DNA of 41,561 bases from Kiritimatiellota bacterium (GCA_026398385.1 JAPLSZ010000251.1:7449-49009), one strand, 5' to 3'; positions 1-9,028 are shown, numbered from the stretch's first letter. Made by a program: numbers and translations. The notes: generated by a model not told the origin, from the letters alone.

Positions 1-126
1 GACCTGGTGGGCTCGAACCTGTACATCAAGAGCACGCCGGTCTGCCGCGGCGGGGGCACCTACACGCTCAGCGGTCTGGGCGTCAACCCGACCTGCTCGG
101 TGGGTGGTCTGCACGTGCTGCCGTAA
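1..126 (+). CDS. 3' fragment of a gene cut by the window edge (hypothetical; ...LYIKSTPVCRGGGTYTLSGLGVNPTCSVGGLHVLP*)
   Basis: Frame +1 is open from base 1 to TAA at 124-126, and a strong terminator follows. The Cys/Gly C-terminal pattern resembles tails of PVC prepilin-like proteins, but that is recollection only. Confidence 0.45.
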   Translation, partial: DLVGSNLYIKSTPVCRGGGTYTLSGLGVNPTCSVGGLHVLP

Positions 127-151
127 CGGTGTGGCATTCGTAGTTCGATCC

Positions 152-187
152 GGCGGCCCCTGATGTCAATCGGGGGCCGCCTCTTTT
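152..187 (+). terminator. Rho-independent terminator
   Basis: Perfect 9-bp GC stem GGCGGCCCC (152-160) / GGGGCCGCC (173-181), 12-nt loop, then TCTTTT (182-187), just downstream of the stop at 126. Confidence 0.7.
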
Positions 188-364
188 ATGGCGGTATGGG
201 TAATGGCCGATCCGCGGTTGGCTTCTGGGACGATTGGGAGTAGCATGCTCCGCGGCGCGGGCGGGGCGATCGTTCACAGGACCACGCTGCTGCGGTATCT
301 GGCCGGGGTTGGCCGGCCGGACGGGGGCGAACGGCATCAGCGAGGGGCGAACGGCATCAGCGAT

Positions 365-1696
365 ATGACTATGAAAGCAAGCCGTGGACGCGGCCGACCC
401 GGCCGGTATCCGTCCGGATTCCGCGCGCGCCGCGGACTGAATTGGGGCTGCATCGGCCTGTCGTACGCCTCCTTCTACTTCTGCCGCTACAACCTCTCTT
501 TTGCGAACAAATCCATCTGCGAGGAATTCGGTTTTACCAAGGATCAGTTTGGCTGGGTGCTGACGGCATTTTTCTGGGCCTACGCGGTGGGGCAGATGCT
601 CAACGGGCTCATCACCGACCGGATTGGCGGGAAACGCGCCCTCGCCATCGGCGCCTGCTCCACCGTGCTCATGAACGCGCTCTTCGGGTTGGCGTCGTTC
701 TGGGGCTTGTTGAGCGTATTCATTTTGATCTGGCTGGTGAACGGCTATCTCCAGGCCTTTGGCGCACCGGGCATGATCAAGACCAATACGGCCTGGTTCA
801 GCCAGACGGAACGCGGTAAATTCGCGGGTATTTTCGGGTTCATGATCCAGCTCGGCCGGTTCGCCATCACCAAGGTTGCGCCGCTGTTGCTGATTGGCTT
901 CACGTTCCTGTGGTGGACGGTGCCGCCCCTGCACTGGCGCTATGTTTTCTGGATCCCCGCCGCGGTCACGGTGTGCATTACCCTGCTCATGCTCCTGGTG
1001 GTGAAAAACACGCCCGAGGAGGCGGGCTATGAAAACGTTCATCCCGGCGAAACCGACCATGCCGAAGACGAGCGCGCCAGCCTCGCGCACTCGTTCAAGG
1101 TCATTTTCAGCAATCGTTACGTCTGGATCGTGGCCGGCGCCTACGCCTGCACAGGCGTCGTGCGCCAGGGTATTGATCAATGGTTCCCCCGCTACATGCA
1201 GGAAGTGCATCACGTGGCGTTGACGTCCCCGGAGTTCGCCTGGGCCGCCTATGGCATTCCGCTGGTGGCCGTCCTGGGGGCGCTGACGTCCGGCTTTATC
1301 TCGGACACGCTGTTCCAAGGACGGCGCGCACCGGTTGCGGCCATACTCTATTTCATGGAAACCGCCATCATCCTGCTCGCCACGCGCGTCCACAGCCTGA
1401 CCGCGGTGACTATCTTTCTGATCCTGATTTCGTTCACGGTGAACGCGACGCACTCGATCCTGGGCACTGCGGCGGCGATGGATATTGGCGGCCGGCGCAT
1501 GGCCGGCACAGCCTCTGGCGTCATTGATTCCTTCCAGTACTATGGCGGCGGCTTCGCCGGCTTCCTGCTGGGCTGGCTGCTGGAAAAATACGGGTGGGGT
1601 TCCTGGCTGATCAGCCTGGCCGGATTCGGCATCATCGGCGGCGTCCTGATGCTGACCATCGCGAAGCGCACCAGCCTGCGCGCGGAAGAAACATAG
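365..1696 (+). CDS. MFS transporter (organophosphate/sugar-phosphate antiporter-like)
   Basis: ORF 188-1696. The multi-TM protein has an N-terminal pattern LSYASFYFCRYNLSFANKSI...GWVLTAFFWAYAVGQMLNGLITDRIGGKRA, typical of GlpT/UhpC-like MFS. Start trimmed to ATG 365 (MTMKAS); the upstream part is non-membrane junk. Confidence 0.8.
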   Translation: MTMKASRGRGRPGRYPSGFRARRGLNWGCIGLSYASFYFCRYNLSFANKSICEEFGFTKDQFGWVLTAFFWAYAVGQMLNGLITDRIGGKRALAIGACSTVLMNALFGLASFWGLLSVFILIWLVNGYLQAFGAPGMIKTNTAWFSQTERGKFAGIFGFMIQLGRFAITKVAPLLLIGFTFLWWTVPPLHWRYVFWIPAAVTVCITLLMLLVVKNTPEEAGYENVHPGETDHAEDERASLAHSFKVIFSNRYVWIVAGAYACTGVVRQGIDQWFPRYMQEVHHVALTSPEFAWAAYGIPLVAVLGALTSGFISDTLFQGRRAPVAAILYFMETAIILLATRVHSLTAVTIFLILISFTVNATHSILGTAAAMDIGGRRMAGTASGVIDSFQYYGGGFAGFLLGWLLEKYGWGSWLISLAGFGIIGGVLMLTIAKRTSLRAEET

Positions 1697-1739
1697 ACCG
1701 GGTTGACACCAAGTTGTGGGGTTTGATAGAAAACACAGC

Positions 1740-3542
1740 ATGAAAAAAATCATAGGGTTGTTTACCGCCGTGTGGCTGGCTGGTAATGGTGTCGCCGCGG
1801 ACTGGAAGCCGGTGCCCGGACACCTGATGACGCGTTGGGCGAAAGCGGTCGCGCCGGACCAGGTGCTCCCCGAATACCCGCGGCCGCAACTGGTGCGCGC
1901 GCAATGGCAGAACCTCAACGGTCTCTGGGATTATGCCATCACCGATCGCGCCGCCGCGCAGCCGGCGCAATTTAACGGCAAAATCCTGGTGCCGTTTTGC
2001 GTCGAGTCGGCGCTCTCCGGCGTAAAGAAACCACTGACCGCGCAGCAGCGCCTGTGGTATCGGCGGACGTTCACCGCGCCTGAGCTGGCCGGCGATAAAC
2101 GGCTGCTGCTCCACTTCGGCGCGGTGGACTGGCAGGCGAAGATCCTGGTCAACGGCCAGGCGGTGGGCGAGCACACCGGCGGCTACGATGCCTTCACGCT
2201 CGACATCACCGCCGCGGTCAAGAGCGGCAACAACGAATTGGTGGTGTCGGTGTTCGACGATAGCGGCGCCTCGCATCAGCCCAAGGGCAAGCAGCATTTC
2301 CCTGCCATCGCCAAGCCGGGCGGCATCATGTACACGCCCTGCTCGGGCATCTGGCAGACCGCGTGGCTGGAAACCGTGCCGGCGGCGTATGTCGAGTCGC
2401 TCAAGATCGTGCCCGACGTGGACGGCGGCGCGGTCTCCGTGACCGTGAACACCCAGGGCGGCGGCCAGGTGCAGGTGACCGCGCTCGACGGCGACCAGCC
2501 TGTCGCGACCGGCGCGGGCGCGGCCGGCCAGCCCATCGTGCTGAAAATCCCCGACGCCAAACTCTGGTCGCCGGACACGCCGTTCCTCTACGGTTTGCGC
2601 GTCGCGTGCGGCGCCGACACGGTGCAGAGCTACTTCGGCATGCGGAAGATCGCGCTCGGCAAAGACGACCAGGGCATCACGCGCATCCTGCTCAACGGCA
2701 AGTTCGTCTTTCAGGTCGGTTTCCTCGACCAGGGCTTCTGGCCCGACGGGATCTATACCGCGCCGACGGACGCGGCGTTGAAATTCGACATCGAAACCAC
2801 CAAAAAGCTCGGCATGAATGTCGCCCGCAAGCATGTCAAGGTCGAGCCGGACCGCTGGTATTACTGGTGCGACAAGCTCGGCCTGCTCGTCTGGCAGGAC
2901 ATGCCCGGCAGCAGCGCGGGCAAGGGCGGCGGCAAGGATAAGACCACTGGCGAGCGGAAAGACGGCGTGCCGTTCTCGCCCGAGGTGGCACAGCAGTTCG
3001 AAGCCGAACTCAAGGCGCTGGTCGAAGGCCGCTGGAACCATCCATCCATCATCATGTGGGTCGTCTTCAACGAAGGTTGGGGCCAATACGACACGCCGCG
3101 GCTGACGCAGTGGGTCAAGAGCATGGATCCGTCGCGACTGGTCAACAACGCCAGCGGCTGGAATGACATTCCGTGCGGCGACGTACAGGACATGCACAGC
3201 TATCCCGGCCCTGGCGCGCCGAAGCCGACCGACGGCCGCGCTGCCGTGCTCGGCGAATTCGGCGGGCTCGGCCTGCCTGTGCCGGGCCACACCTGGGTCG
3301 AGAAGACCTGGGGCTACCGCGGCATGACAAACGCTGCGGAACTCACCCAGCAATACGGCAAGCTGCTGCAGCGCGCCTACGAGTTGAAGGACCAGCCCGG
3401 GCTCAACGCCGTGATCTATACGCAAACGACCGATTGCGAGACGGAGTGCAACGGTTTGATCACCTATGATCGCGAGGTGGTGAAGCCGGACCTGGAAAAG
3501 ACCGCCGCGGCCAACCGCGGCCAATTCCCGCCGGCGCCATGA
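1740..3542 (+). CDS. Glycoside hydrolase family 2 (secreted)
   Basis: Signal peptide MKKIIGLFTAVWLAGNGVAA. GH2 sugar-binding/TIM-barrel motifs include EYPRPQLVR, LHFGAVDWQAKILVNGQ, HTGGYDAFTLDIT and WNHPSIIMWVVFNEGWG (acid/base NE). Confidence 0.9.
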   Translation: MKKIIGLFTAVWLAGNGVAADWKPVPGHLMTRWAKAVAPDQVLPEYPRPQLVRAQWQNLNGLWDYAITDRAAAQPAQFNGKILVPFCVESALSGVKKPLTAQQRLWYRRTFTAPELAGDKRLLLHFGAVDWQAKILVNGQAVGEHTGGYDAFTLDITAAVKSGNNELVVSVFDDSGASHQPKGKQHFPAIAKPGGIMYTPCSGIWQTAWLETVPAAYVESLKIVPDVDGGAVSVTVNTQGGGQVQVTALDGDQPVATGAGAAGQPIVLKIPDAKLWSPDTPFLYGLRVACGADTVQSYFGMRKIALGKDDQGITRILLNGKFVFQVGFLDQGFWPDGIYTAPTDAALKFDIETTKKLGMNVARKHVKVEPDRWYYWCDKLGLLVWQDMPGSSAGKGGGKDKTTGERKDGVPFSPEVAQQFEAELKALVEGRWNHPSIIMWVVFNEGWGQYDTPRLTQWVKSMDPSRLVNNASGWNDIPCGDVQDMHSYPGPGAPKPTDGRAAVLGEFGGLGLPVPGHTWVEKTWGYRGMTNAAELTQQYGKLLQRAYELKDQPGLNAVIYTQTTDCETECNGLITYDREVVKPDLEKTAAANRGQFPPAP

Positions 3543-3672
3543 ACGGCACAACCCGGTCCCGTCTGGAGCGCCGGGCCGGATGTGCTTCGCGGTGGGGATG
3601 AACGGGAAGCGGCCGCGGATTCCGCCCAACTACGCGGCCGGCGATGCTGGGACCGCAGGGGGCGCCCGTGTA

Positions 3673-4269
3673 TTAACGGTGTTTGACGGGCGCCGCGCTG
3701 CCGTGCCGGCAGTGATAAATGAACGCCGGTGGAATATTACGCCAGACCACGGGGGTTTTCCTGACGATCATAAAATAGGAGCGCAGCAGTTTCAGAAAAT
3801 CCCGCGCCGAGGGCAACAACAGGCCGCCCAGGTATGTGAACGTCAGAAATTCACCGTTGTGGTGCAGGGCGCCGATAATGGCGTCCAGCAGCTCGGCCTG
3901 CTGGCTCTTCTTGAAAACGCCCCAGGGCAGGCTGGAAATGATGCAATCACAATGCTCCACGCCATGCTGGCGCAGGTATTTTTTGATGTGCAAGGCCGAG
4001 TCATGGTAGACTGTGGCGGTCGGGCAGTGCTTCCGCGTCTCTGCCACGAAGCCCGGGTTCAGTTCGAGGGCGAAGAAAACGGCTCCGCGCGGAAGATGTT
4101 GCAGGATCTTCTCGGTGAAAACGCCCGTGCCGGGCCCCAACTCCACCACCACGCGGGCTTGGGCCAAGTTGGCCGTAGCGACGATCGACCGGGCCAGATG
4201 CTTCGAAGAGGCCGCGACAGCCCCGGTCTTCCGGGGATGTGTGATGAACTGCTTAAGAAATTTGTGCAT
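3673..4269 (-). CDS. Class I SAM-dependent methyltransferase (COG3963 phospholipid N-methyltransferase-like)
   Basis: 198 aa. FITHPRKTGAVAASSKHLAR followed by the VVELGPGTGVFT glycine-rich SAM loop. Confidence 0.85.
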   Translation of the reverse strand: MHKFLKQFITHPRKTGAVAASSKHLARSIVATANLAQARVVVELGPGTGVFTEKILQHLPRGAVFFALELNPGFVAETRKHCPTATVYHDSALHIKKYLRQHGVEHCDCIISSLPWGVFKKSQQAELLDAIIGALHHNGEFLTFTYLGGLLLPSARDFLKLLRSYFMIVRKTPVVWRNIPPAFIYHCRHGSAAPVKHR

Positions 4270-4335
4270 GCAACGCCCGGCAGTCTAACTTTTGAACCCA
4301 AGAAGTCAAGGCAACGCATGCTGCGGCACAACCCG

Positions 4336-4375
4336 CATAACAAAAATCTATCCGGCCGGATAGATTTTTGTTATG
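4336..4375. repeat. Perfect 40-bp AT-rich palindrome CATAACAAAAATCTATCCGG|CCGGATAGATTTTTGTTATG
   Basis: Read directly: the second 20 nt are the exact reverse complement of the first 20. It lies in the divergent intergenic region between the methyltransferase (start 4269, -) and the URO-D gene (start 4540, +). Confidence 0.95.
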
Positions 4376-4539
4376 CCTCAGGGGCTGGAGGAGCGGGTGT
4401 GACACCGGCGGCGGGTGGGGATCATCATGAGCAGCACGCGCGGGCCTGTGAAGCGCAGCGGGATGATGGTTGACTCCCGTCGGGCGTGGTTTAGGATGCC
4501 CCGCAAGCAGGGAACTTTTTCTCGGATGCAGGCGCAACC

Positions 4540-5742
4540 ATGGGGATGTTCGATACGCTGGGCCGCGCCGCCGCTCAGGCCGGCCGCAAGGAAAACACGC
4601 TGCGCAAGCTGGAGCGAATGAACACGGCCCTGCGCCATGCGGAGCCGGACCGCGTGCCGATCAGCGACTTCTTCTGGGGCAGCTTCATCCAGCGCTGGCG
4701 CGCGGAGCTCAATCTGCCCGCCGACGCCAACCCCTATTACTATTACGATCTCGACTGGATTGTCACCGTGCCCAACATGGATCCGTGGATCCGGCCGTTC
4801 GAAACCCTGCGGGAGACACAAGACGAAGTCGTCGTGAAAACCGGCTTCGGCGCGATCATGCGCAAACAATTCGCCTGTCCCATGCCGGAGACGACCGCCT
4901 GGGACGTGGACACCTTCGAGAAGCTGGAGCAGGCGGTGTTCGACGATCCGGGCGATCCGCGGCGCTTCCACGCAGCGGGCGACAACCAGATCGCCGGGGT
5001 GGGGGACGGCTTCCAGCGCAACTCGCCGGCCTGGCTGGACACCGTCAAGTCGCTGCGGCCGGATTTCCCCGTGTACGGCAGCATGATCGAGGTCTCCGAG
5101 TGCCTGACGCGGCTGATCGGCCAACTGAATACAATGATGTGGATCGGCGAATACCCGGAAGAAATGGGCCGCGTTATCAACCGGCTGGGCGCGTTTTATC
5201 TCGCCTGTGCCGAGGCCGAGTTGGACGCCGGGCAGGACCTGCTCGACGGCCTTGTGGTTTGGGGCGATGTCGCCTACAAGAACGCCACGTTTGTTGCGCC
5301 CAGCTATTGGCGCGAATACTTCAAGCCGTGGGTGGCCAAGATGATCGCCGCCGCCCACCAGCGCGGTCTGCCGGTGATCTATCACGGTTGCGGCAACGTC
5401 CAAAAGATCTTCGCGGACTTCGTGGACATGGGGCTGGACGCCTACAACCCGCTGGAGGTCAAGGCCGGCATGGACGTGGTTGCCCTGCGGCGCCAATACG
5501 GGCAGGGCCTGGGCTTCTGCGGCGGCAGCGACATCCAGGTCTGGGAAACAGGCGACCGCGAAAAGATCCGGCGCGAAGTGCTGCGCAAGCTCAACGCGGC
5601 GAAAGGCGGCGGCTACATCTTCCAGTCCGATCATTCCGTGGCGGCCGATGTTTCAGGCCAGACCTACGATTTCATCGTCAAGCTGGTGCGGGAATACGGC
5701 CGGTATCCCCTGGAGCTGGGCGCTTTCAACGAGGAGCTCTGA
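4540..5742 (+). CDS. Uroporphyrinogen-decarboxylase (URO-D) family protein, MtaA/CmuA-like methyltransferase subgroup
   Basis: 400 aa. URO-D fold signature at the C-terminal half (LPVIYHGCGNVQKIF...GLDAYNPLE...GGGYIFQSDHSV), with an H-x-C...C putative zinc motif (YHGCG at about 5383-5391; GFCGG downstream). Confidence 0.8.
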   Translation: MGMFDTLGRAAAQAGRKENTLRKLERMNTALRHAEPDRVPISDFFWGSFIQRWRAELNLPADANPYYYYDLDWIVTVPNMDPWIRPFETLRETQDEVVVKTGFGAIMRKQFACPMPETTAWDVDTFEKLEQAVFDDPGDPRRFHAAGDNQIAGVGDGFQRNSPAWLDTVKSLRPDFPVYGSMIEVSECLTRLIGQLNTMMWIGEYPEEMGRVINRLGAFYLACAEAELDAGQDLLDGLVVWGDVAYKNATFVAPSYWREYFKPWVAKMIAAAHQRGLPVIYHGCGNVQKIFADFVDMGLDAYNPLEVKAGMDVVALRRQYGQGLGFCGGSDIQVWETGDREKIRREVLRKLNAAKGGGYIFQSDHSVAADVSGQTYDFIVKLVREYGRYPLELGAFNEEL

Positions 5743-5747
5743 CCGCC

Positions 5748-6812
5748 ATGATAACTGCCCAACCCCTGCTCGGCGTAGCCATGCACGCCATAGGCGCGTT
5801 CTTCGCCGCCACCTGCTACGCGCCGCAGAAAAAAGTCAGCCGCTGGTCGTGGCAGAGCTACTTCCTGACGCAAGCCGCCTTCTGCTGGTTCCTGCTGCCG
5901 ATCGTCGGCGCGGTGCTGACCATCCCGCACCTGTGGACCGTGCTGGTCGAGGCGCCGAAGAGCGCCATGCTGACCTCCTACCTGCTGGGCATGGCCTACG
6001 GCATCGGCGGCATGTCGTTCAACGTCTCGATCCGCTACATCGGCTTCTCGCTGACCTACGCCATCGCCGTCGGCCTCTCCAGCGTGCTGGGGACGCTCAT
6101 CCCGCCGCTGATCCGCGGCACCCTGCTGACCACGTTTTCCAAAACCGGCTCCGGCTGGATCCTGGCCGGCATCGTGGTCGGCACGCTCGGCATCGGCTTG
6201 TGCGGCGCCGCCGGCCGGCTCAAGGAAAAGCACCTGTCGGCCGCGGACGGCCAGAACGAATTTTCCCTGATGAAGGGCCTGCTGCTCTCCCTGCTGGCGG
6301 GCGTGCTTTCGGCGGTGTACGGCTTTGCCCTGGAGGCCGGCGAGCCCATCGCCGACGTGGCCACCCGGTTCGGCGCCGGCGTCTGGCGCGGCAACGTCAC
6401 CTACCTCTTCGCCAACACCGGTGCGTTCGTGACCACGGCGATCTACTGCCTCTATCTGCACGCCAAACACCGGACACTGGGCGAGCTGATCGAGCTGCCG
6501 GCGGGCCCCGAGAAGGCCGGGCTGCCGCTGAACTTCGCCCTGGCCGCGCTGACCGGCTTGCTCTGGTACGGCCAGTTCTTTTTCTACAACCTCGGCCATG
6601 TTCGCATGGGCACCTTCAAGTTCACGAGCTGGGCCGTGCACATGATCATGCTGGTGCTGTTCAGCAACCTGATCGGCATCGTGTTCCGCGAATGGAAGGG
6701 CTGCCGGCGTTCGACCAAGTCCGCCATCGCTTTCGCCCTGGCCGTGCTCACGCTGGCGATTCTGGCGGTGACCTACGGCAATTACCTGGGCACGACCTCC
6801 GGGACACCCTAG
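5748..6812 (+). CDS. rhaT: L-rhamnose/H+ symporter RhaT family
   Basis: MITAQPLLGVAMHAIGAFFAATCYAPQKKVSRWSWQSYF matches the E. coli RhaT N-terminus ([25 protein letters not shown]). About 354 aa, 10-TM-like. The 5' part of ORF 4470-6812 is an out-of-frame overlap with the URO-D gene and was discarded. Confidence 0.9.
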   Translation: MITAQPLLGVAMHAIGAFFAATCYAPQKKVSRWSWQSYFLTQAAFCWFLLPIVGAVLTIPHLWTVLVEAPKSAMLTSYLLGMAYGIGGMSFNVSIRYIGFSLTYAIAVGLSSVLGTLIPPLIRGTLLTTFSKTGSGWILAGIVVGTLGIGLCGAAGRLKEKHLSAADGQNEFSLMKGLLLSLLAGVLSAVYGFALEAGEPIADVATRFGAGVWRGNVTYLFANTGAFVTTAIYCLYLHAKHRTLGELIELPAGPEKAGLPLNFALAALTGLLWYGQFFFYNLGHVRMGTFKFTSWAVHMIMLVLFSNLIGIVFREWKGCRRSTKSAIAFALAVLTLAILAVTYGNYLGTTSGTP

Positions 6813-6980
6813 TATGAGACGAATCTGCGGCATTCTCGGCTTGCAGGCGGCGGCATTCGCTGGAGATCGGTCCACATGCTGGGGCGGAGCGGTTGGGTCG
6901 ACATCCGGCTGGATCGGGGTTGAACGCGGCGCGGCTGTCACCGTTTTGCAGGCCGTCTTACCCGAAGGCTGGGATCGAAA

Positions 6981-8693
6981 ATGAAACGCATGCTGACCCT
7001 CTCATTGACGGTGCTGGCGCTCGCTGCCGTCCACGCGGAGACGCCGCATAAGGCCAGACCGGAAGCGCTCCAGCGCTGGCGCGACGGACGGTTCGGGATG
7101 TTCATCCACTGGGGGCCGGTGAGCCTGACCGAAAAGGAGATCAGTTGGTCGCGTGCGAACTCGAATCGGCAGTGTCCGAACAACGGCCCGACGCCCGTCG
7201 CCGTGTACGACAACCTCTATAAAAAGTTCGCCCCGGTGAAGTTCGACGCCCAGGAATGGGTTGGCATCGCGAAGGCCGCCGGGATGAAATACCTGGTGCT
7301 GACCGCCAAGCATTGCGACGGCTTCCTGCTCTGGGACTCGAAGGTGGACGACTACAACATCATGCACACACCGTTCAAGCGCGACGTGTGCGCCGAGCTG
7401 GCGCAGGCCGCGCGCGCGGCGGGCCTGGGTATCGGCTGGTATTATTCGCCGATGGACTGGCGCGATCCCGATTGTCGGAACGCGAAGAACGCCGAATTCG
7501 TCCAGCGCATGCAGGCGGAGTTGACCGAGTTGCTGACCAACTACGGCAAGATCGACGTCCTCTGGTTCGACTGCGATGGCCGGTCGTATCCCTGGGACCA
7601 GGAGCGAACCTATGCGCTCGTTCGCCGGTTACAGCCGGACATCGTGATTGACAATCGGCTGGATCCCGGCGACGCGCACAGCCACATCGGACCGTGGGCG
7701 GATTACTACACCCCCGAGCAGTTCGTCGGCGGATTCAACGTTCAGCAGCCCTGGGAATCGTGTATGACGATCTCGCGCAGCGGCCAGTGGTCGTGGGGCG
7801 GCGCGAAGGACGGCGTCAAGACCCGTGCGCAGTGCCTGAACATGTTGATTCAGTGCGCCGGCGGCGACGGTAATCTGCTGCTGAATGTCGGTCCGCGCCC
7901 CGACGGTGTCATCGATCCGGAACAAGCCAACCGGCTCAAAGAGCTGGGCGCATGGCTGGCGCGGTTCGGCGCGAGCATTTACGGTACGCGCGGCGGACCG
8001 TTTAAGCCGGGGAAATTCGGGGCCTCGACCCACAAGGGCCAGACCGTCTACCTGCACATTCAACGGTGGCCCGGCGACACGTTGACGCTGCCGGCCATCC
8101 CGGCCAAGATTCTCCGCGCCACGGCACTGACCGGCGGCAACGCGACCTTCAAGCTGTCCGGCGACGCCATCGAAATTGCACTGCCCGTCAGCGACCGCCA
8201 GGAGCTCGACACGATCGTCGCTCTTGAATTGGATCGCCCGGCCCGCGAGATCGAGCCGCGGGCCCCGTTCATGGCCGCGCCGTCGCTGGCGACCGGCAAG
8301 CACGCGACGGCCTCGAATGTCTTTCAAGACCATGCCGCCTACGGCGCGGACCAGGCGTTCGACGGCGACAGCGCAACGCGCTGGGCCACCGATTCCGGTA
8401 CGAAGTCAGCGTGGCTGGAAATAGATCTAGGTCAGCCGGCGACCGTTGGCCGCGCTTGCCTCGAACAGGCCTATCCCGAGTTGAAACGCGTCCAAAAGTT
8501 CGCCATCGAGTACTGGCAGGGCGAGCAATGGAAGGCGTGTTACCGCGGCAGGGATCTCGGCGCAACACTGGATGCGACCTTCGCGCCGGTCACCGCGCAG
8601 CGCTTTCGTTTGAACATCACCGAGGCCAGCGATGGCCCGACGTTCTGGGAATTTCAGTTGTACCCGCCAAACAAACAGGAGGAGACCAAATGA
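6981..8693 (+). CDS. GH29 alpha-L-fucosidase with C-terminal F5/8 type C (discoidin) domain, secreted
   Basis: Signal peptide, then GRFGMFIHWGPVS and YLVLTAKHCDGFLLWDS GH29 motifs. C-terminus has ASNVFQ...AFDGDSATRWATD...AWLEIDLG. Confidence 0.9.
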   Translation: MKRMLTLSLTVLALAAVHAETPHKARPEALQRWRDGRFGMFIHWGPVSLTEKEISWSRANSNRQCPNNGPTPVAVYDNLYKKFAPVKFDAQEWVGIAKAAGMKYLVLTAKHCDGFLLWDSKVDDYNIMHTPFKRDVCAELAQAARAAGLGIGWYYSPMDWRDPDCRNAKNAEFVQRMQAELTELLTNYGKIDVLWFDCDGRSYPWDQERTYALVRRLQPDIVIDNRLDPGDAHSHIGPWADYYTPEQFVGGFNVQQPWESCMTISRSGQWSWGGAKDGVKTRAQCLNMLIQCAGGDGNLLLNVGPRPDGVIDPEQANRLKELGAWLARFGASIYGTRGGPFKPGKFGASTHKGQTVYLHIQRWPGDTLTLPAIPAKILRATALTGGNATFKLSGDAIEIALPVSDRQELDTIVALELDRPAREIEPRAPFMAAPSLATGKHATASNVFQDHAAYGADQAFDGDSATRWATDSGTKSAWLEIDLGQPATVGRACLEQAYPELKRVQKFAIEYWQGEQWKACYRGRDLGATLDATFAPVTAQRFRLNITEASDGPTFWEFQLYPPNKQEETK

Positions 8694-9028
8694 AGCGATA
8701 TGGATCCGTCATCGGCGTCCGTGCGGAAAAGCTGGAGGAATACAAGCGCCTGCATGCCGCCGTGTGGCCGGACGTGCTCAAGATGATCAAGGCCTGCCAC
8801 CTGCGCAACTACTCCATTTACCTGCGTAAAATGCCGGACGGCCGCCACTATCTCTTCAGCTACTTCGAGTACACCGGTACGGACTTTGCGGCTGACATGG
8901 CCAGAATGGCCGCCGATCCGACGACGAAAAAATGGTGGGCCGTCTGCGAGCCGTGCCAGGAGCCCCTGGCCGATCGCACCCCCGGCGCCTGGTGGGCCGA
9001 CATGGAGGAAGTCTTCCATTGCGATTGA
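8690..9028 (+). CDS. rhaM: L-rhamnose mutarotase (RhaM/YiiL family)
   Basis: MKRYGSVIGVRAEKLEEYKRLHAAVWPDVLKMIKACHLRNYSIYL...WWA...MEEVFH is the RhaM pattern. ATG 8690 overlaps the fucosidase stop (ATGA). Confidence 0.85.
   Translation: MKRYGSVIGVRAEKLEEYKRLHAAVWPDVLKMIKACHLRNYSIYLRKMPDGRHYLFSYFEYTGTDFAADMARMAADPTTKKWWAVCEPCQEPLADRTPGAWWADMEEVFHCD

Noticed and set aside
1-30. Resemblance of CTGGTGGGCTCGAACCT at the window start to the tRNA segment CTGGTGGGCCCGGTAGGACTCGAACCT (11983-12009), considered as a possible att duplication
   Set aside because: The match is split and short, and it lies inside an open coding frame (DLVGSNLY). It is most likely chance.
83-3629. Very long antisense ORFs (83-1918 minus, 611 aa; 1632-3629 minus, 665 aa) opposite the MFS and GH2 genes
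   Set aside because: Their composition is Arg/Gly/Ala/Pro-rich with no recognisable motif, and they lie exactly antisense to well-supported genes. This is the typical stop-codon-poor artefact of GC-rich DNA.
4470-5747. N-terminal 425 aa of the 780-aa ORF 4470-6812
   Set aside because: It overlaps the URO-D gene out of frame and is Arg/Gly/Pro-rich. RhaT homology begins only at the internal ATG 5748.
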